A stretch of 63,121 nucleotides of DNA, the filler included, from Atractiella rhizophila (Eukaryota): the NCBI GenBank assembly GCA_021432655.1. It is 5 parts of 5 records of this genome, joined end to end, with 100 filler letters (N's around TTAATTAATTAA, not from the genome) between each part and the next. Parts side by side here need not be neighbours in the genome. Positions count along the whole stretch, not along the records: positions 1 to 30,684 come from MU271210.1; positions 30,785 to 54,395 come from MU271211.1; 3 more parts are not named here. One strand, 5' to 3'. The first letter of the stretch is position 1. Every line of letters starts with the position of its first letter. Made by a program: the position numbers and the translations under genes. Positions 25,515 to 38,600 of this stretch are shown piece after piece. Below the pieces are notes generated by a model. It worked only from the letters and a program-made list of their open reading frames with translations, searched no databases and was not told the DNA's origin.

Positions 25515-26510
25515 TTAGGGATCATATACATGAGGTTTCCTCAAAGAAGGTGAAGTATGATGCTGTCTATGAAATGCGGCCACAACGGCTGGAGAAGACT
25601 GGGAATGATTCAAAGGCGCTGGAAAGCGATAAGCGGAATGCTGTGGCTTTGCCGATGGCCTCCATTGAGCATGAGGTTGAACGGTAGGCGACCTATTTAT
25701 TCGATAATCTATCGGCGCGAGATTTCTAGCTTCCATCGGGGAGGTGTTGAGGGATCGGCCAGCGAGTGGAGCAAGGTGTGGACGCGTTGGCGACATTGGT
25801 GACGAATGGTTATAGGTTTGGAGACGACTGGATTTTACGGGACTGAGAGACTCTCCTCGACGTTGCTGTGGCTGATGACTTCCTAAGCGAGAAGGGGAAG
25901 AGAACGTGGAATCGTCAAACCCATCCGCGTTTGCCACTTTCACTTGTCGCTGCCAAGACTTGATGCGGTTTCGCGGGTCCTGGTTTCGATTGCCCTGGTA
26001 TTGGAAACGCTCTTTATACGGTCGAAATGGCGGTGGATAGGGCTCAAACCTCCAAGCTGGGAGCTGTTTCCGTTTCTCGTTTCAGCCCGAGCACGAAGAG
26101 GTGAGAGATAAGGAGAGGGACGAACCGGATTGGGATTCCGTCGAACCCATTCAGCAACAATCTATGAGACCATAAATGAGTATTTGGCTTGGTGAACGCG
26201 AAAAAATGGGACGGACGCGCTCTGCAATTTTCAGGGTGTGTATTGAAATGTCGTCAGGCTGATCTCCAACGCCGGGTGATGGACGAGTCCACCGGAACCC
26301 CTGAGTCTCTCTCATGAGCGATATTACAATGGTCTGATATCGGCGCACCAGCTGTTTGGCGTAGATTTCAGCGGATTCTACCAGACTGACGGCGGCGTAG
26401 AAATCCATGATTTCCTCCAGCTCTTCTAGGAGCACAGCCGACGTCTCAGCGACCCAGTTTCCTCGAAAGTTGTTGGTGCCATTAGTGTCCAAATGTCGGG
26501 GTGTGCTCAT
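25515..26510 (-). CDS. Hypothetical protein
   Basis: Protein-like minus-strand ORFs 26151-26510 and 25515-25943 with short intron-like breaks between them; no recognised domain. Confidence 0.45.
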
Positions 26511-26857
26511 TGTTAATCAAAATTTGGCGAGGTGGAAAGGAGGCAAGCAAGGGATCGACGACAAGGACAAGGCAGAATGACCAATGTTCCTTTTGCGGGC
26601 ATAAGAGTCGTTGCCGCCGTAAGGACTGCGCTGGAGATGTGTCACTCGATGACTTGGTCGTTGATGTGTCGTTGAGGTCTCGTGCGTCCTTTGTGTTTGG
26701 CAAGTGGCAAATAGGACACGATGCATAATCCACAAGTTCGGAACTCGGAGCTTTTAAGTTTACAGATGCCTTGTTCATCCGCAGCAAAGCCTAATTTAAC
26801 AACCCACCTTAAAATATTTGCAGTGAATCAGCAGTGAAGGGCGCAATCCCGGGAAAT

Positions 26858-27840
26858 ATGCCTTTGCCATACGACAAAGTCACGCTCAGCCTTCTGGGAA
26901 CTTTTTCCGTGGCTTCCCTCTTGTTTGCGCTCACCTCCACGCAATACCACCTCCGTTTGCCCCTCGCATACTTCCTCGCCGATCCCACCTACCAATGGTA
27001 TCGTCTCATCACACACCAGCTCGGATTCACGCAGTCCTCGGAACTTTTTATTGCCGCCATTCTTCTATCACAAATGAGCGGCGTCGAACGCATTCTGGGA
27101 ACAAGACGTTTCGCAAGACTCGTTGTTCAAACTATCTTGTTTTATCCAATTTTCCTGATCGCCATCTTGGTCGCTTTACAGAAACTCGGCTGGAGTGAGA
27201 AGGGGAAAGTGATTGAAGCTGGCGGTTGGGCAATCGTAGGAGCCGTCGGGTCCGTCTTTCCTATTTCTGCAAAATTCATACAACTGAAGCAAGAGCGGAA
27301 CAGATATCAATATCATGAACTCATTCCCGCTACCCTCAATGCCAGAGTGTTCTCTCTACCTCTGACAAATAAGTCTATATCACATCTCCTTTTTCTTCAA
27401 GTGAGCAGCCTAAAGACCTTGAACATATGCCCTGACTGACCTTTCTCTCCTAGGTTATCGTCCTCCATCCACTGCCAACGACGCTCGGGATCTTAATCTC
27501 CCTTCTTTTCCGGCACACAAGACTACACCACCTCTCACTCCCCACCCTTCCTATCGCTCCACTCTTCCGCACCCTCTCTCCCTCCACGTCCGCGTCAATT
27601 TCCGCGTCCCAAACGAGCACAACAGCAATCCCTGCGGCCTTTGGCAGCGGCTACTCCCCCGCGGCTCCTTCGACAGCGGATGGAGAAGCAAATGACAGTG
27701 TACTCGACAGATTCATAAGACGCACTCCAAACGTCACCGTCACTGCAGGAAGGATCGGGCTGTTGGGATCTCTAACCAGGAGAGGCAATGCACCTTCACA
27801 GACGGAGGGGACGACTGCAGTTGCGGCTGGCGCGACTTGA
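26858..27840 (+). CDS. Dsc2/UBAC2-like rhomboid pseudoprotease
   Basis: YQWYRLITHQLGFTQSSELFIAAILL...VERILGTRRFA and YQYHELIP...FSLPLTNKS match the recalled Dsc2/UBAC2 pattern; multiple hydrophobic segments; no C-terminal UBA seen. Confidence 0.72.
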
Positions 27841-28101
27841 AGCGACGCTTGGGGATGAGGGGTTGGAATGGATTGAGATGTTCGCTCTGTTTATACATCA
27901 GTCTGCTAGTTATTGTCTCATATGTGCTACAATGGATCGCAGAGCTTTCACGTCAAGCATTGCAGTTGTATCCACCAGGTGTTGTGGCCACATTGGAGTA
28001 AATGATAGTGGTTTTGATACAGTGCTGCTACTGCTAAATCTACACGAATCGGATCTCTACAACAGGACACTTTTTACTCCCGCTACAACCAAACCTCTCC
28101 C

Positions 28102-30684
28102 TCAGGAGAAACCGAAACCCGAGTTCGAATTTATGGCGTATAAGATTTTCCTGGCGGACAGATAATCATGAGTCGAAGTTTGGCCAGAAGAGATGGGATG
28201 AGATTGGACGCACTGCTTGAGTTGCTTCTCGTCCTTGTACAAAGGCAACTTCAACAAGTTGACGCAAGTTGAACTTGTCGGGAGTCTCTCCGTATCATTT
28301 CCGTTCGCCCTTATCGCGAACTTTGGCTTGAGCTCAGAGAATCCTACATCGAAACGAACCAACTTCTATCAGCAAGGAGGAGGAGGAGGGTGGAAGGACA
28401 TACCTAGGAGGGGTGGCCTGGGACACGAAGTCACAAACTTGATGAGGTTCTTCTTTTCCTCGTTCGAGAACCGTTTCACCACGCTCCAAAACAACCTCAC
28501 AGTCTCATGCGCTTCGTCGAATCCGTCAGCTCCGGAATAGACCGTGTTGTTCCTCAGATCGTCGACGTCTATCTCTTCCCCTTCTACCCCTCCCACTAGA
28601 ATCTTGAGCTCGGACTGATTGAACATCTGCAACCAGCGGTTGTCTATGAGATCGGAAAGGCCAGCGAAGAAGGCAGAGCATTGAGCGTCGATTTGACGGT
28701 TCAGTCGGTAGTGCGAGGTGAGGTAGATGTATTGTAAACGGTTCTCTTTGGTCACCGGTATATTCTATCCATCATTTATATCATGAATAGGCCTCCATTC
28801 AGACATAATGCGACTTACGCTTCCATTGGGAATCAATTCATGGGTCACGGTTTCCCCAAATTCGATGTCAGAAACTGTGAAGTTTAGGACCAGATCACCC
28901 TCTACATCTCCGTCGTAATTCTTGAGGAAGATGAGGCCTTGATAGAGTTCTGGATCAAGGCTTGCGAGGTCGTCCACTATTCATGCCATTTCCACATCTT
29001 AGCGTCAGCTCATCTCTCTTAGAACAACACAGCAACATACAATGAGATTGCTTCCCCAACCACTTCGCGAGGAAGAAATTTGCAAAGTTCACATCGACGA
29101 GGATGCCATCGTAGAGCGCTTTTCCGAGCATGCGTCCTAGGAAGGTGTACCAGCTAAGCTGAAAATCCTCCCTGGCATACCTGTGAGGGTTCGGATAGAC
29201 CTCTCTTTCCTTCGTCTCCAACCACAGTCCCCGATTAGTGTCGAACGCCTCCTTACTTAAGCTAGTGAGAAACTCCTTATACAATCCACCCCCGTCGATT
29301 CCAGCCTCTTCGTTCCCAAATTGGTCATAGAAAACGATCTGGATACGGCCCTTCAAAGCACTGCCGAGGGTGTTTAGGTGAGCGTAGCCGTCCTCTGCGA
29401 CATGATTTCGACGAATTGTGACCCGATGTCCAGAGAGGAAGGTGTAATCGCTGATGTTGTTTCGTCGTTGATCAAGGAAGACGAATTCGCGAAAGATCGC
29501 GACTCGTAACTCAAAAGGGATAACAAAAGGGACTGTCCACCACCCATGCTCACTCAGTTCATATTTCTCAAAAAAAACAAGGGGGGAGGGGGCATACTGT
29601 TATTTAACACTGCTAGCCTGGGACTAAAAACGCTTTTCGCCCCTCTAGAACTGACTTCCCTTTTCCCACCCCATTTCAACCTCCTAAAGCCAGCTCCACC
29701 AAGTCGGCCCCACCTCCCCCTGGCAACATCTCTCAAATCATCGACATCCATGGCCTCTCCATCATCGCCAGCCTCGGCCTCCTTCTCCGCTTCATATAGC
29801 ACCGACTGGATGAACGCTCCTCCTTCGCTCATTGGCACCAACGTCCATCCATCTTCGTCGACAAAAGGCCTTCTCGAGTCTCGCGCGTGCAGAGCACGCA
29901 GAAGGCGGGTCGAAAGGTCCCGGAGGGAGCTGAGCGTCCATCCGCCTGCCCGTCTACCCGAGATTGGGAGGTCGACGTCCACTTGCTCCCACCACAAAGC
30001 GAACGCGACATTTCTCAGCCTAGTGCACAGGTCGCGGACCTCGTCCATGTTCAATGGGTTTGAGGGAGAGTGAAATTCGTCGTCTGCCATGGTCAATAAC
30101 AGCTTTGAATAGCCTTCGCATAGTAGGATGAAGGCGCTCCAGTCCTCTCCTCCTCCTGAGAGCTGACGAATAACCTTCCCCTTCTCAATCCCGACAGGTG
30201 TTCCTCGTACCCCTTCACGCCATAGGAGTCGGAGTAGTCCGGCTTTTGGGAGAGAGTAGAGGACGGCATTGAGGACTTCAGTCTTTTGCTGAGGTGTCGA
30301 ATAGAGGAAGAGGATAGATAGCGCACGGGACATGGGGGGAAGGAGGGTCGGACGCTTGATTGATTGGGTTAGGAGGGGAGCGACGAAGGTGGGTATTCGG
30401 TTGAGGACGGCCTGTGTTGTCTTTGGTAGCATAAATTGTTGTGAGTTAGAAGCGTCCACCATCTCGACGTCTTCCTCTGAAGAATCTTCCCCTTTTTCAT
30501 GTACAAACGCGGATACGGTAGAGGATGCTCCGACGGTCATTCCCAGTCCTTCGAGGAGGGAGAAAGCGTCCCAAAGCCCTTTGAGCACCTGAGGGTTTGC
30601 GCTTCCACCACCTGGGGGCGAAAAATGAGGGGTGGAGAGGAGCAGAACATTCGCCAGCTGGTTCGCACGCGATTCTCTTTGTTC
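28102..30684 (-). CDS. HUL5: HECT E3 ubiquitin ligase, Hul5/UBE3C-like (5' end lost in gap)
   Basis: LHARDSRRPF, PFVIPFELRVAIFREF, FYDQFGNEEAGIDGGGLYKEFLTSL, DDLASLDPELYQGLIFLKNY, KFVTSCPRPPLLGF, RLPTSSTCVNLLKLP (catalytic Cys), NSNSGFGFS*. Confidence 0.92.
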
Positions 30685-30784
30685 NNNNNNNNNNNNNNNN
30701 NNNNNNNNNNNNNNNNNNNNNNNNNNNNTTAATTAATTAANNNNNNNNNNNNNNNNNNNNNNNNNNNNNNNNNNNNNNNNNNNN
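30685..30784. other. Assembly gap with artificial TTAATTAATTAA six-frame-stop spacer (same at 54396-54495, 59130-59229, 61859-61958; plain N gap at 56403-56427)
   Basis: 100-nt blocks of N with an identical 12-mer in the centre. Confidence 0.97.
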
Positions 30785-31470
30785 CTCGCGGCTTTGCACA
30801 AGCCAACAAGGAATTCAGGTTTCAACGCGTCCTCGAGGATACCCGTTTTCCGTCCGTGTAGAAAGTTCAGGATGGCTAGCACAACGTCTGAGGGGTAAGG
30901 AATTTCTATTGCAGCCTTTCCCTTCGACAGTTCGCTCAAAGGTCTTGAGGGATGAAAAATAAGGGTGTTGCAAATGAATTCCCTGCCATCGGTAGCGACA
31001 ATCCCTACTACTTCCTCGTGAACCCAAGATTTCTGGTCGAGTGGAAAGTAAACGGCGTCGTTTTCCCGAACCGTTCCAACGCTATCGGTCCTCTTATGGG
31101 CAGTTTGAAGCTGAGGTGAAGCCAGAGCATCACTTTGATGTTTCTGCTGCTCAGTCATTTCTGTCACATTTGCACTCGCAGCTATAGTCAGGCTCTGCTT
31201 CTGAATGTTCGAGGTGCTAAAACGAAATGGGTCCTCTCCCGCGTCGGCTGGGGTAGGAAATGGTGGTGCTACGCTCGCTGCACTAGCTGGAGTTGAAGGA
31301 GAGCTAGCGGGTGGAGCAATGGATTCAGAGGAAGAAGAACTGAGGCGAGGAAGTGTTCGATGTGGGAGGATGGTCTCTGTCAAATCATTGGACGATGGAG
31401 ATTCTGTGTATGAATCAGAGAACTCGATGAGAGGAGCGAAATCTCTATGCTTTGACTTGTCGTCCTCCAT
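30785..31470 (-). CDS. Ser/Pro-rich protein with BTB/POZ-like domain (3' end lost in gap)
   Basis: Open frame running into the gap; VGIVATDGREFIC...IEIPYPSDVVLAILNFLH...LVGLCKAA has a BTB-like pattern. Start codon uncertain. Confidence 0.55.
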
Positions 31471-32462
31471 ACCTAGTGAGACGGTCTTGATGCGACCATC
31501 AGGTGGCAGATGTTCGCTCCAGCCACTTAAGCCTTCACTCAGGCACCACCGGGATCTACTGGTCGATTGACCGCGATGACAAGTTGACATTGCGATCGCT
31601 GGAAATTTCACCAACTCTGCATGATGCAAGATTGCCCAACCGTTGTTTGGTGGAGTTTGACAAACAGATCCACTGGTTCATTGAAATTTCTATAATAACA
31701 CCAGTTATGCACGCTCTAATTGGTTGCCTCCCTGCGAGAGGGTCGCTTCCGTGGCCGTCAGAAGAGGCAGCTTTGCAGGACGGCTGTTCTACGAGCAGTG
31801 AGCAACAATACCAAAGCTCTTATCCAAATTCAAAGGTATACCCAAGTGCTCAATGACCCAACAATGATGTGACATTCTGAATGACAACCAAGACCAGCAT
31901 ATGCCAGCCCCACATCTCAGGGTGATTGTCCACTTCGTTAGCATTCAATCTCGCAGAGGGTTGTATGTGAATGCCTTGCACCAGACCAAAAAAATAATCT
32001 GAACCCTTGGATAGGGAGTAAGTAACGTGACAGTCAAGGGGTCAGTCTGGTACTGTAGGAGATCGAAAATGCACAAAATACAACTTGTTGCCCAGCTACT
32101 CAACAGACTGCAACAGAGCTCACACTTTAGGCCATCAGTTCCCTCAATCCCCCATTAAGTCACTCTTCCCAGGTAGGGCAGCTAAACAGCACTTGAACGC
32201 ATGCTTGACAAGACAGCTTATCATGCGTCCAGATGGTGGATGGAGACTGGAAGACCAAGCGGTCGGAAAACAAGAGGAAACTAAAGGGAGAACTAGAGGA
32301 TGTGAACATGGTTGAACGCAAGGTGGAAACGAGTAGTGGATGATTTTTGTGAGCTGTTGTATATTATCACTGGAACGTCTGTAGGAGCTACCGGCGCCTC
32401 TGGTTACTGCTGCACATATTTGCTCGAGAAAACACACCACGTGACCTTTATGATAGTGCAGG

Positions 32463-33863
32463 ATGGGTTTCTCTGTTGTCCTCAGGTAAATATTTCTGCA
32501 TTCATATGGATTGAAAGTTTATTTTTAATGTTCCAGTCTACTTTTTATCACATTTTACGCCTTCATCCTCTCTCTTCACCTCCTTGCTCTGCCACTCGCC
32601 CAGCGCTATGCGACACCTCCCAATGACCCAATGCCGCACAGCAGCTCCAAAGAAGAAGAAGAAGAGCTTCCAGGGGTCTCTATCCTGCGTCCCCTTTCAG
32701 GTGTTGACCACAATCTTTATGCGAACCTGGAGAGCTGCTTACAACTTCAATACCCGAAGCACAAGATCGAAGTGCTTTTTTGTATCTCTTCGAAAGACGA
32801 TGCGGCTGTCAGTGTGGTGAAAACTCTTCTAGAGAGACACCCGGGGTCAAACGCACGCATAGTATTTTCCGGTTCGCCGTATCTACTTCTTTCTAAGAAA
32901 ATCTGACCAGTGACGATAGAGAAAAATATCTGCCTCAACCCAAAAGTTTCTAACCTACTTCCGGCGTATGATCAAGCGAAAAATCCTCTTATATGGATCC
33001 TCGATTCTAACGTCCTCATACACCCTCTGTCACTCCTAAAAAGCGTACGATACCTCCCATCTCCCCACTCTTCCCGACCGAAGCATGCTATTGGGCTGGT
33101 TCACCATCTCCCGTATGGTCTTCACGCAAGTGGAATTGGCGGGAAGTTGGATGCTACCTTTCTCAACACTGCACACGCGAAGATGTACCTTGCTATCAAC
33201 TGGTACCGGATTGACAGCTGTCTGAATGGGAAGAGCAACATGTTCTGGAAGAGCGATCTTCAAACCGTGCTTGGGGAAGGCAAGGGATTGGAAACATTTG
33301 GAGATTTTTTGGGAGAGGATCATATGATTGGACATGGGCTTTGGCATAGACATCCTCTCAAGTTACGGCACCAGCTCATCGATGGTATAGCGGCGTTGAA
33401 TGTGGTAGGAGAGATGGGGGTGCGAGAATATTGGAATAGGAGGCTGAGGTGGATAAGAGCCAGGAAGTACATGGTTACCGCGTCTACTCTTGTGGAACCA
33501 TTTACCGAGTCTTTGGTTGCTGGTCTTTGCCTTTTACTCTCTCTGTCCTCGATCTTCCCGGGCTCCTTCTCTGCTAGTCAGCTTATTTTCGTTTTCTTCC
33601 TCCATCTCACAGGTTGGTACATGATCGATAAATCGATGTTCGGTACCCTCAGTCGGTTGGAAGAAGAGCGAGGTACTCCAAAGCGGAATCAAGCTCGCCT
33701 CGAGTGGCATATCTGGATGATGAGGGAATTGTTGGCGTTCCCCATCTGGAGCGTAGGGTGGTTCGGAGGGAACGGGGTACAATGGAGGGACGGGGAGGAG
33801 TTGACTGTTGGTTGGGGCGGAAGAGTTTCCAGAAGAAACAGTCGGTCCTCCGGAGTGCGATAG
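32463..33863 (+). CDS. GCS1: Ceramide glucosyltransferase (GT21, glucosylceramide synthase)
   Basis: N-terminal TM segment MGFSVVLSLLFITFYAFILSLH; PGVSILRPLSGVD, LNPKVSNL, WILDSNV, HAKMYLAIN, CLNGKSNMF, LGEDHMIG, RRLRWIRARKYMV, LVEPFTES. Confidence 0.93.
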
Positions 33864-33932
33864 CGGTCGTAGAGGTTATTAGTACAGTAATGTAAACGGT
33901 GCATAATTACTTGGACAATAAAGCATATCTAC

Positions 33933-34430
33933 TCAACTTGGACCACTCAACAAGTCTACAATTCGTATCGCGAGATCGTCCTGGCTCCTTGTTATGCTTC
34001 GTCGTACGAATGGTCGTAGAAATAGAGAGCAAGTTATTGTAGCCACTTGTACCAGCACGAGTTCCTCGTGTTCTCCCGCCGCTCCATTTTCGACCACCCA
34101 GGTCGCATCACTGATAAAGCCCATAGACGCGTGCACCAGCATCCTTACTCCTCTCCGTTCGTCCCAAAACAACACTTTATGTTTGACCGTTCCAAAATTC
34201 TGTTTGTTCGTAACCTCGTAGGCTTTCCTTCCATCATGAGCTTCCTCCTGAGGGAGAAGACGTAGGTCAACGACTAGGGGGTTGAGGCGGATCATGGTGT
34301 CATGGTCATGTAAAATGTGGAGGATGTCTGAAAATCTGCATGAAGGAGGCAGCGGTGTACGAATTTCAAGTTTGAATGTGCTGTGAGTTAGACCTACGAC
34401 AAGTTGAATGTTAGGAAGGATTTGAGCCAT
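33933..34430 (-). CDS. Small conserved fungal protein, probable START/SRPBCC-like fold
   Basis: Intronless ORF; TPLPPS...ILHDHDTMIRLNPLV...YEVT...GVRMLVHASMG...W.V...CSLFLRPFVRRSITRSQ resembles a common uncharacterised fungal family (from recollection only). Confidence 0.6.
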   Translation of the reverse strand: MAQILPNIQLVVGLTHSTFKLEIRTPLPPSCRFSDILHILHDHDTMIRLNPLVVDLRLLPQEEAHDGRKAYEVTNKQNFGTVKHKVLFWDERRGVRMLVHASMGFISDATWVVENGAAGEHEELVLVQVATITCSLFLRPFVRRSITRSQDDLAIRIVDLLSGPS

Positions 34431-35177
34431 ATCCAGTATCAGACCCACGATTGCCCATTCCTGCAAAAGTTGAGCAGAACTTGTCGATTATCTGGAGATG
34501 CCGATATGTAACAAACGAAAGACACGCTGAACTGAACAATAATCGAAGGAAGAGAAGACCAGCTCCTATTTTCACTACTACACCGACGGTTTGTCAGTCC
34601 GTCATATGAATATCCAATCAATGTCCTCATTACTGTCTATTGCAACTGGTATCATCATGGCAGTGAAGTAAACGTTTCGTGTGCAGTTTTTGTACTCTTG
34701 ACAGGGACCAATCACATTGGCCATCTTTCTTGCCAATATGTCGAGAAGTAGCGATGTAATCACCAACGTCTGGCTTGCTTTCCAACTGCCTCCTCTGCCA
34801 CGTCACGAATGAACTGTCCACAGATGTTCAATTCAAACCAAATAAGGAAGAGATACTATCAGCTCGTCAGTGAATACTGCCGGTATTCAATAGTGAATAT
34901 TGATTTGACGCTGAATTGCAGCAGATTGGATACACGTCGTTGCAATTTGCGAAGACCATGAATAGATACTGAGATCAACATATTCCAGCAAGAGCACATT
35001 GACGGACAGCACAGAATAGAATAGACTCGAAGGAGGAAAAAGAAGGAATACATACGTATTGCCACGTTCGCAACGTGTACTGTATGCAGGAAGAGAGGTG
35101 TCATTTTCACTTTCAGGCTTGGCGAGCCGAAACTATTAGTGCTACAAACAAGTGGACTATAGTGCGACATTATTGTC

Positions 35178-35249
35178 GGGGAGCTAGTTTAGTGGTATAA
35201 CATTCGTTTCGCATACGAAAGGTCTGGGGTTCGATTCCCCAGTTCTCCA
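35178..35249 (+). tRNA. tRNA-Ala(CGC)
   Basis: Cloverleaf with acceptor stem GGGGAGC/GTTCTCC and a G3:U70 pair; anticodon arm TTCGT-TT-CGC-AT-ACGAA; T arm CTGGG-GTTCGATT-CCCAG region; followed by a T5 Pol III terminator. Confidence 0.95.
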
Positions 35250-35681
35250 ATTTTTAACCCTGCATTTCTCTTCTCCTCACGCTGCTACAATATTATTTTA
35301 GAGATCCTGTTGCTGTTGCTGGCAAATACAATGGTTGCATTTCTGAAAGAATGAGGCATGGTCATTGTGCATGTATCAATAGGCATAAGTGTATTGTGCT
35401 GACGCTGATATTCTCACCAAGTCGGACGCTCTTCTTGACATTCCATAAGTCCGTAACTCAACATCATCACGAACTCTCGTTCGTCCTGGGGGTGTCCATT
35501 CGAGTCTATGACGTAGGAGAAAGCTTTGTTGGCCAAATCATGGACAGCATGGCTGTCTTCAGTATAGTCTCGACTTGGGACGAGTAGCGTTGGTGACAGG
35601 TTGAGCTGTGGTATTGCCTGTTAGATCACCCGGTATCGTGGGCAAGGCAGCGAGAGGCGTGAGGTCCAGGGGCAAGGCAAG

Positions 35682-38600
35682 TTAGAAATCGGTAACGTTG
35701 CTATGGCTGGAGACGGGGTAAATGCTGCTTCGTCCATCGTCGTCGTCATCCAAACCACTCTTGTACTCCTCCCTGCCACTCCTCCCAATCTCTGCAAAAG
35801 TCGCCTTTTTGGCTCCAGCACCTCGCCTCACTCCTCCTCCAGCAGCACCGTTCGTCAATCTATCCGCCTGGCTTTCCGAGAACGCGACGACGCTTTCTGC
35901 TCCATCCACATCTGGATCTTGGGAGAGCAGATCTTGCGACAGGGTCGATGCAGCGTACGAAACGTTCGACTTTTTGCTGATTCCATTCAGATACGCACTG
36001 GACGACATCGAGAAAGTTGAGGCAGCCGAGGAAAAGGATGGAATACCAGTAGAGCGGTAGGTGGCCTGAGAACGGAGCGATTGGACATCAGAAGGTATTT
36101 GCCCAACTGCATCGTGAGCTTTGTAGAATGACTGATCGAAGCGGTTGGGAGGAGCTTGTTGTTGTCGCACGGCTAAGGGCATTTAAGTTGCATGTCAAGC
36201 ATCATCGAAAAGGCTCTCACAGCTGACACCATTAGTGGGAACCAACGCTTCCCTCGCACTGCTTTCAAACCTGGTGATGCCATCGTGGCGACCGTAGTTA
36301 GTTCTAGGTTTACTGAAATGTATCACGGACGGTTGAAGATTGCTCAAAGGGCCTTCCACAAGGCACTTCCTTTCTCGATAGTGAGTGAGGAGATGATGCC
36401 ATAGAGCATGCTACAATACGTCGTTTAGACGGTGATGAATCAAAAGGGAAAGTATTCGCACCTTCGACAGCACCTTCGGATTGCCTAGGATAACCAAGCC
36501 GTACTTCGCGCGTGTCAGAGCGACATTCAATCTCCTCGGGTCGTTTAAGAAACCGATGCCTTGATGTTCATTGCTCCTGACGCAGCTCAATATGATGTAA
36601 TCCTTCTCTCTTCCTTGAAAGGCATCCACACTGGCAACTTCGATTTCTTTGTATAGCTCCTTCTTCAGTGTTCCATTGAACTGCATATAGGAAACAATGT
36701 ATGAGCGTTGGCCTTCATACGGCGTGACTATGCCAATCTGATTTGGCATAACGCCGGATTTGAAGAAACGGGTGACGATCTTTTCGACATTTGCCGCTTC
36801 AGTCCTGCGCCGTATCATTAGCAAACCTCAAAGACCCAAGATGGACCTGCCTGTTCAAGAACGACGTCCCACTGGAGCTGATTTCTTCTTGGCCAAGATT
36901 ACAGTGGAAGTACATTGGTGTTGCTGGCTGTGGCCAAGGAAAGTCGACGTTCTTCTTCAAGCGCTCTGGAGCGGTCACGCCATTTTGAAGAGTGCCTTCG
37001 TAGAACATGTTCGAGGGGAACTCGGACAAGCAAGGGTGCATTCGGTACTGAACTTGAAGACGGATGGGTCGATTGCCCAAAATGACAAGGCGCTCAAACA
37101 GAGATTGGGTGAGACCTGCACGAGCTGCTTTCTTGTTCATGATGGTTGGACCCAACTGCGAATGATCTAAAGAATGGTGAGGAACACGCGCAAACTTATT
37201 AAAGACTTGCCTCCGACCATGACCAATTGTTTCACACCGAATGTCAAAGGAATCATACATTCCGGCTCAGTCTGAGCATCCCTCAGATCGTGTTTTAGTC
37301 TGAAAGAGAGGAACGCACTGCCTGAGTAGCCTCATCAATAAGGACTGTTCTGAATTTGAGTTTACTGAGCCTCGGGTCTCCACAGCCGACGCAGGTGCAG
37401 CAAATGACTTGAGCGTTATTGAGAATTTCCCGCTCGCAAGCCCTTGTCAAAGCCTTGAACTTCCTCTCATCCCCTGAAGACAGTTCGCCTTGTTCGTTCT
37501 TCAGCTGGATAAGTTTCTGAAGCTCCGGGTAGGCATCGTTGTTTGCAACCTGGACACAGCGTTTACAAACAACACTTTAACTTGAGAGATATTGACCTGT
37601 TCATGCAGGGTTAAGGCAGACACACTGCTTTCTAACGCCTCACGACTTTTCGCAGTCAGTCGAACTACTCGAAGTCCTGTTTGGTGTATCTTCTCCGTCA
37701 ACTGATCTACGGCTACATTACTCGGTGCACACACTAGGACTTGACCGCCATTGATCTTCGACAAATTGTAGACGATCGAAGCGGATGTTACTGTCTTGCC
37801 CGTCCCTGGAGGACCCTGTAATAGCGTCAAATCTGCGGTTGACGAGGATTCTATTACATACCTGGATCAAACTTAACGGTTTTTGGAGCACCGACTTGAC
37901 AGCATAGACCTGGCTATGATTGAGATCCGGGAGATTCGGAGCTGACACTCGCTTGGGCATGATGTTGCGTCCCATCATCGCCATTACATTGTTCTGATCG
38001 TCGTGCCCCATCAGCTTATGATAGATAAATCCCGATACAGATTGTTCATCCACAGCAAACGTTTTCATAGCCAGCTGCATCCGATCAAAGGAAGTGGACT
38101 TCCAGACAAACTCGGCGCTGAATGGAGATGTGTGCTCTACGGGAATGTTGTGCGCAGGATTTAAATGGGAGGAAGTGGATGTAGGGTTGTCGGAACGACG
38201 CAGCTCCACGCAGATCTCATCGGAAACATCTGTGAAATGTTAGCAATTAAGGCAGGCCAGATGGATGCTTACTGTTAGGAACCTTGATAACGTGTCCAAC
38301 TCCCTCCCACTTTCGACCCTCTCCATTAAAACGAAGTCGCATTTCATCTCCCACCGCCAAACGAACCTCGCCAGATTCGAGCTTAGGAAGTACAAAATAC
38401 GCTAGTCGTTTCTGATTGAGACCCATATCCCACCGAATCTACTTTTCTCATCAATGGGATAATCGATCGCAAATCAAGAAGGAGCGCACCACTATATTTT
38501 CTTCCCCCTGACTTTCCTTCAATTTCTTATCGTAATCAGCTTCGATTTTGACGAGTGGCCCGAAAATGTTCTGATACTGGTATGCGTCTTCATATCTCAA

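Noticed and set aside
30729..30740. Palindromic TTAATTAATTAA repeated four times in the window
   Set aside because: Always centred in a 100-nt N block, so it is an artificial scaffold spacer rather than a biological repeat or target-site duplication.
28102..31470. Apparent BTB-HECT fusion across the gap (same strand)
   Set aside because: Gap size is nominal. Other gaps here clearly hide kilobases (missing half of RPN2 and most of ASN1), so the join is unsupported.
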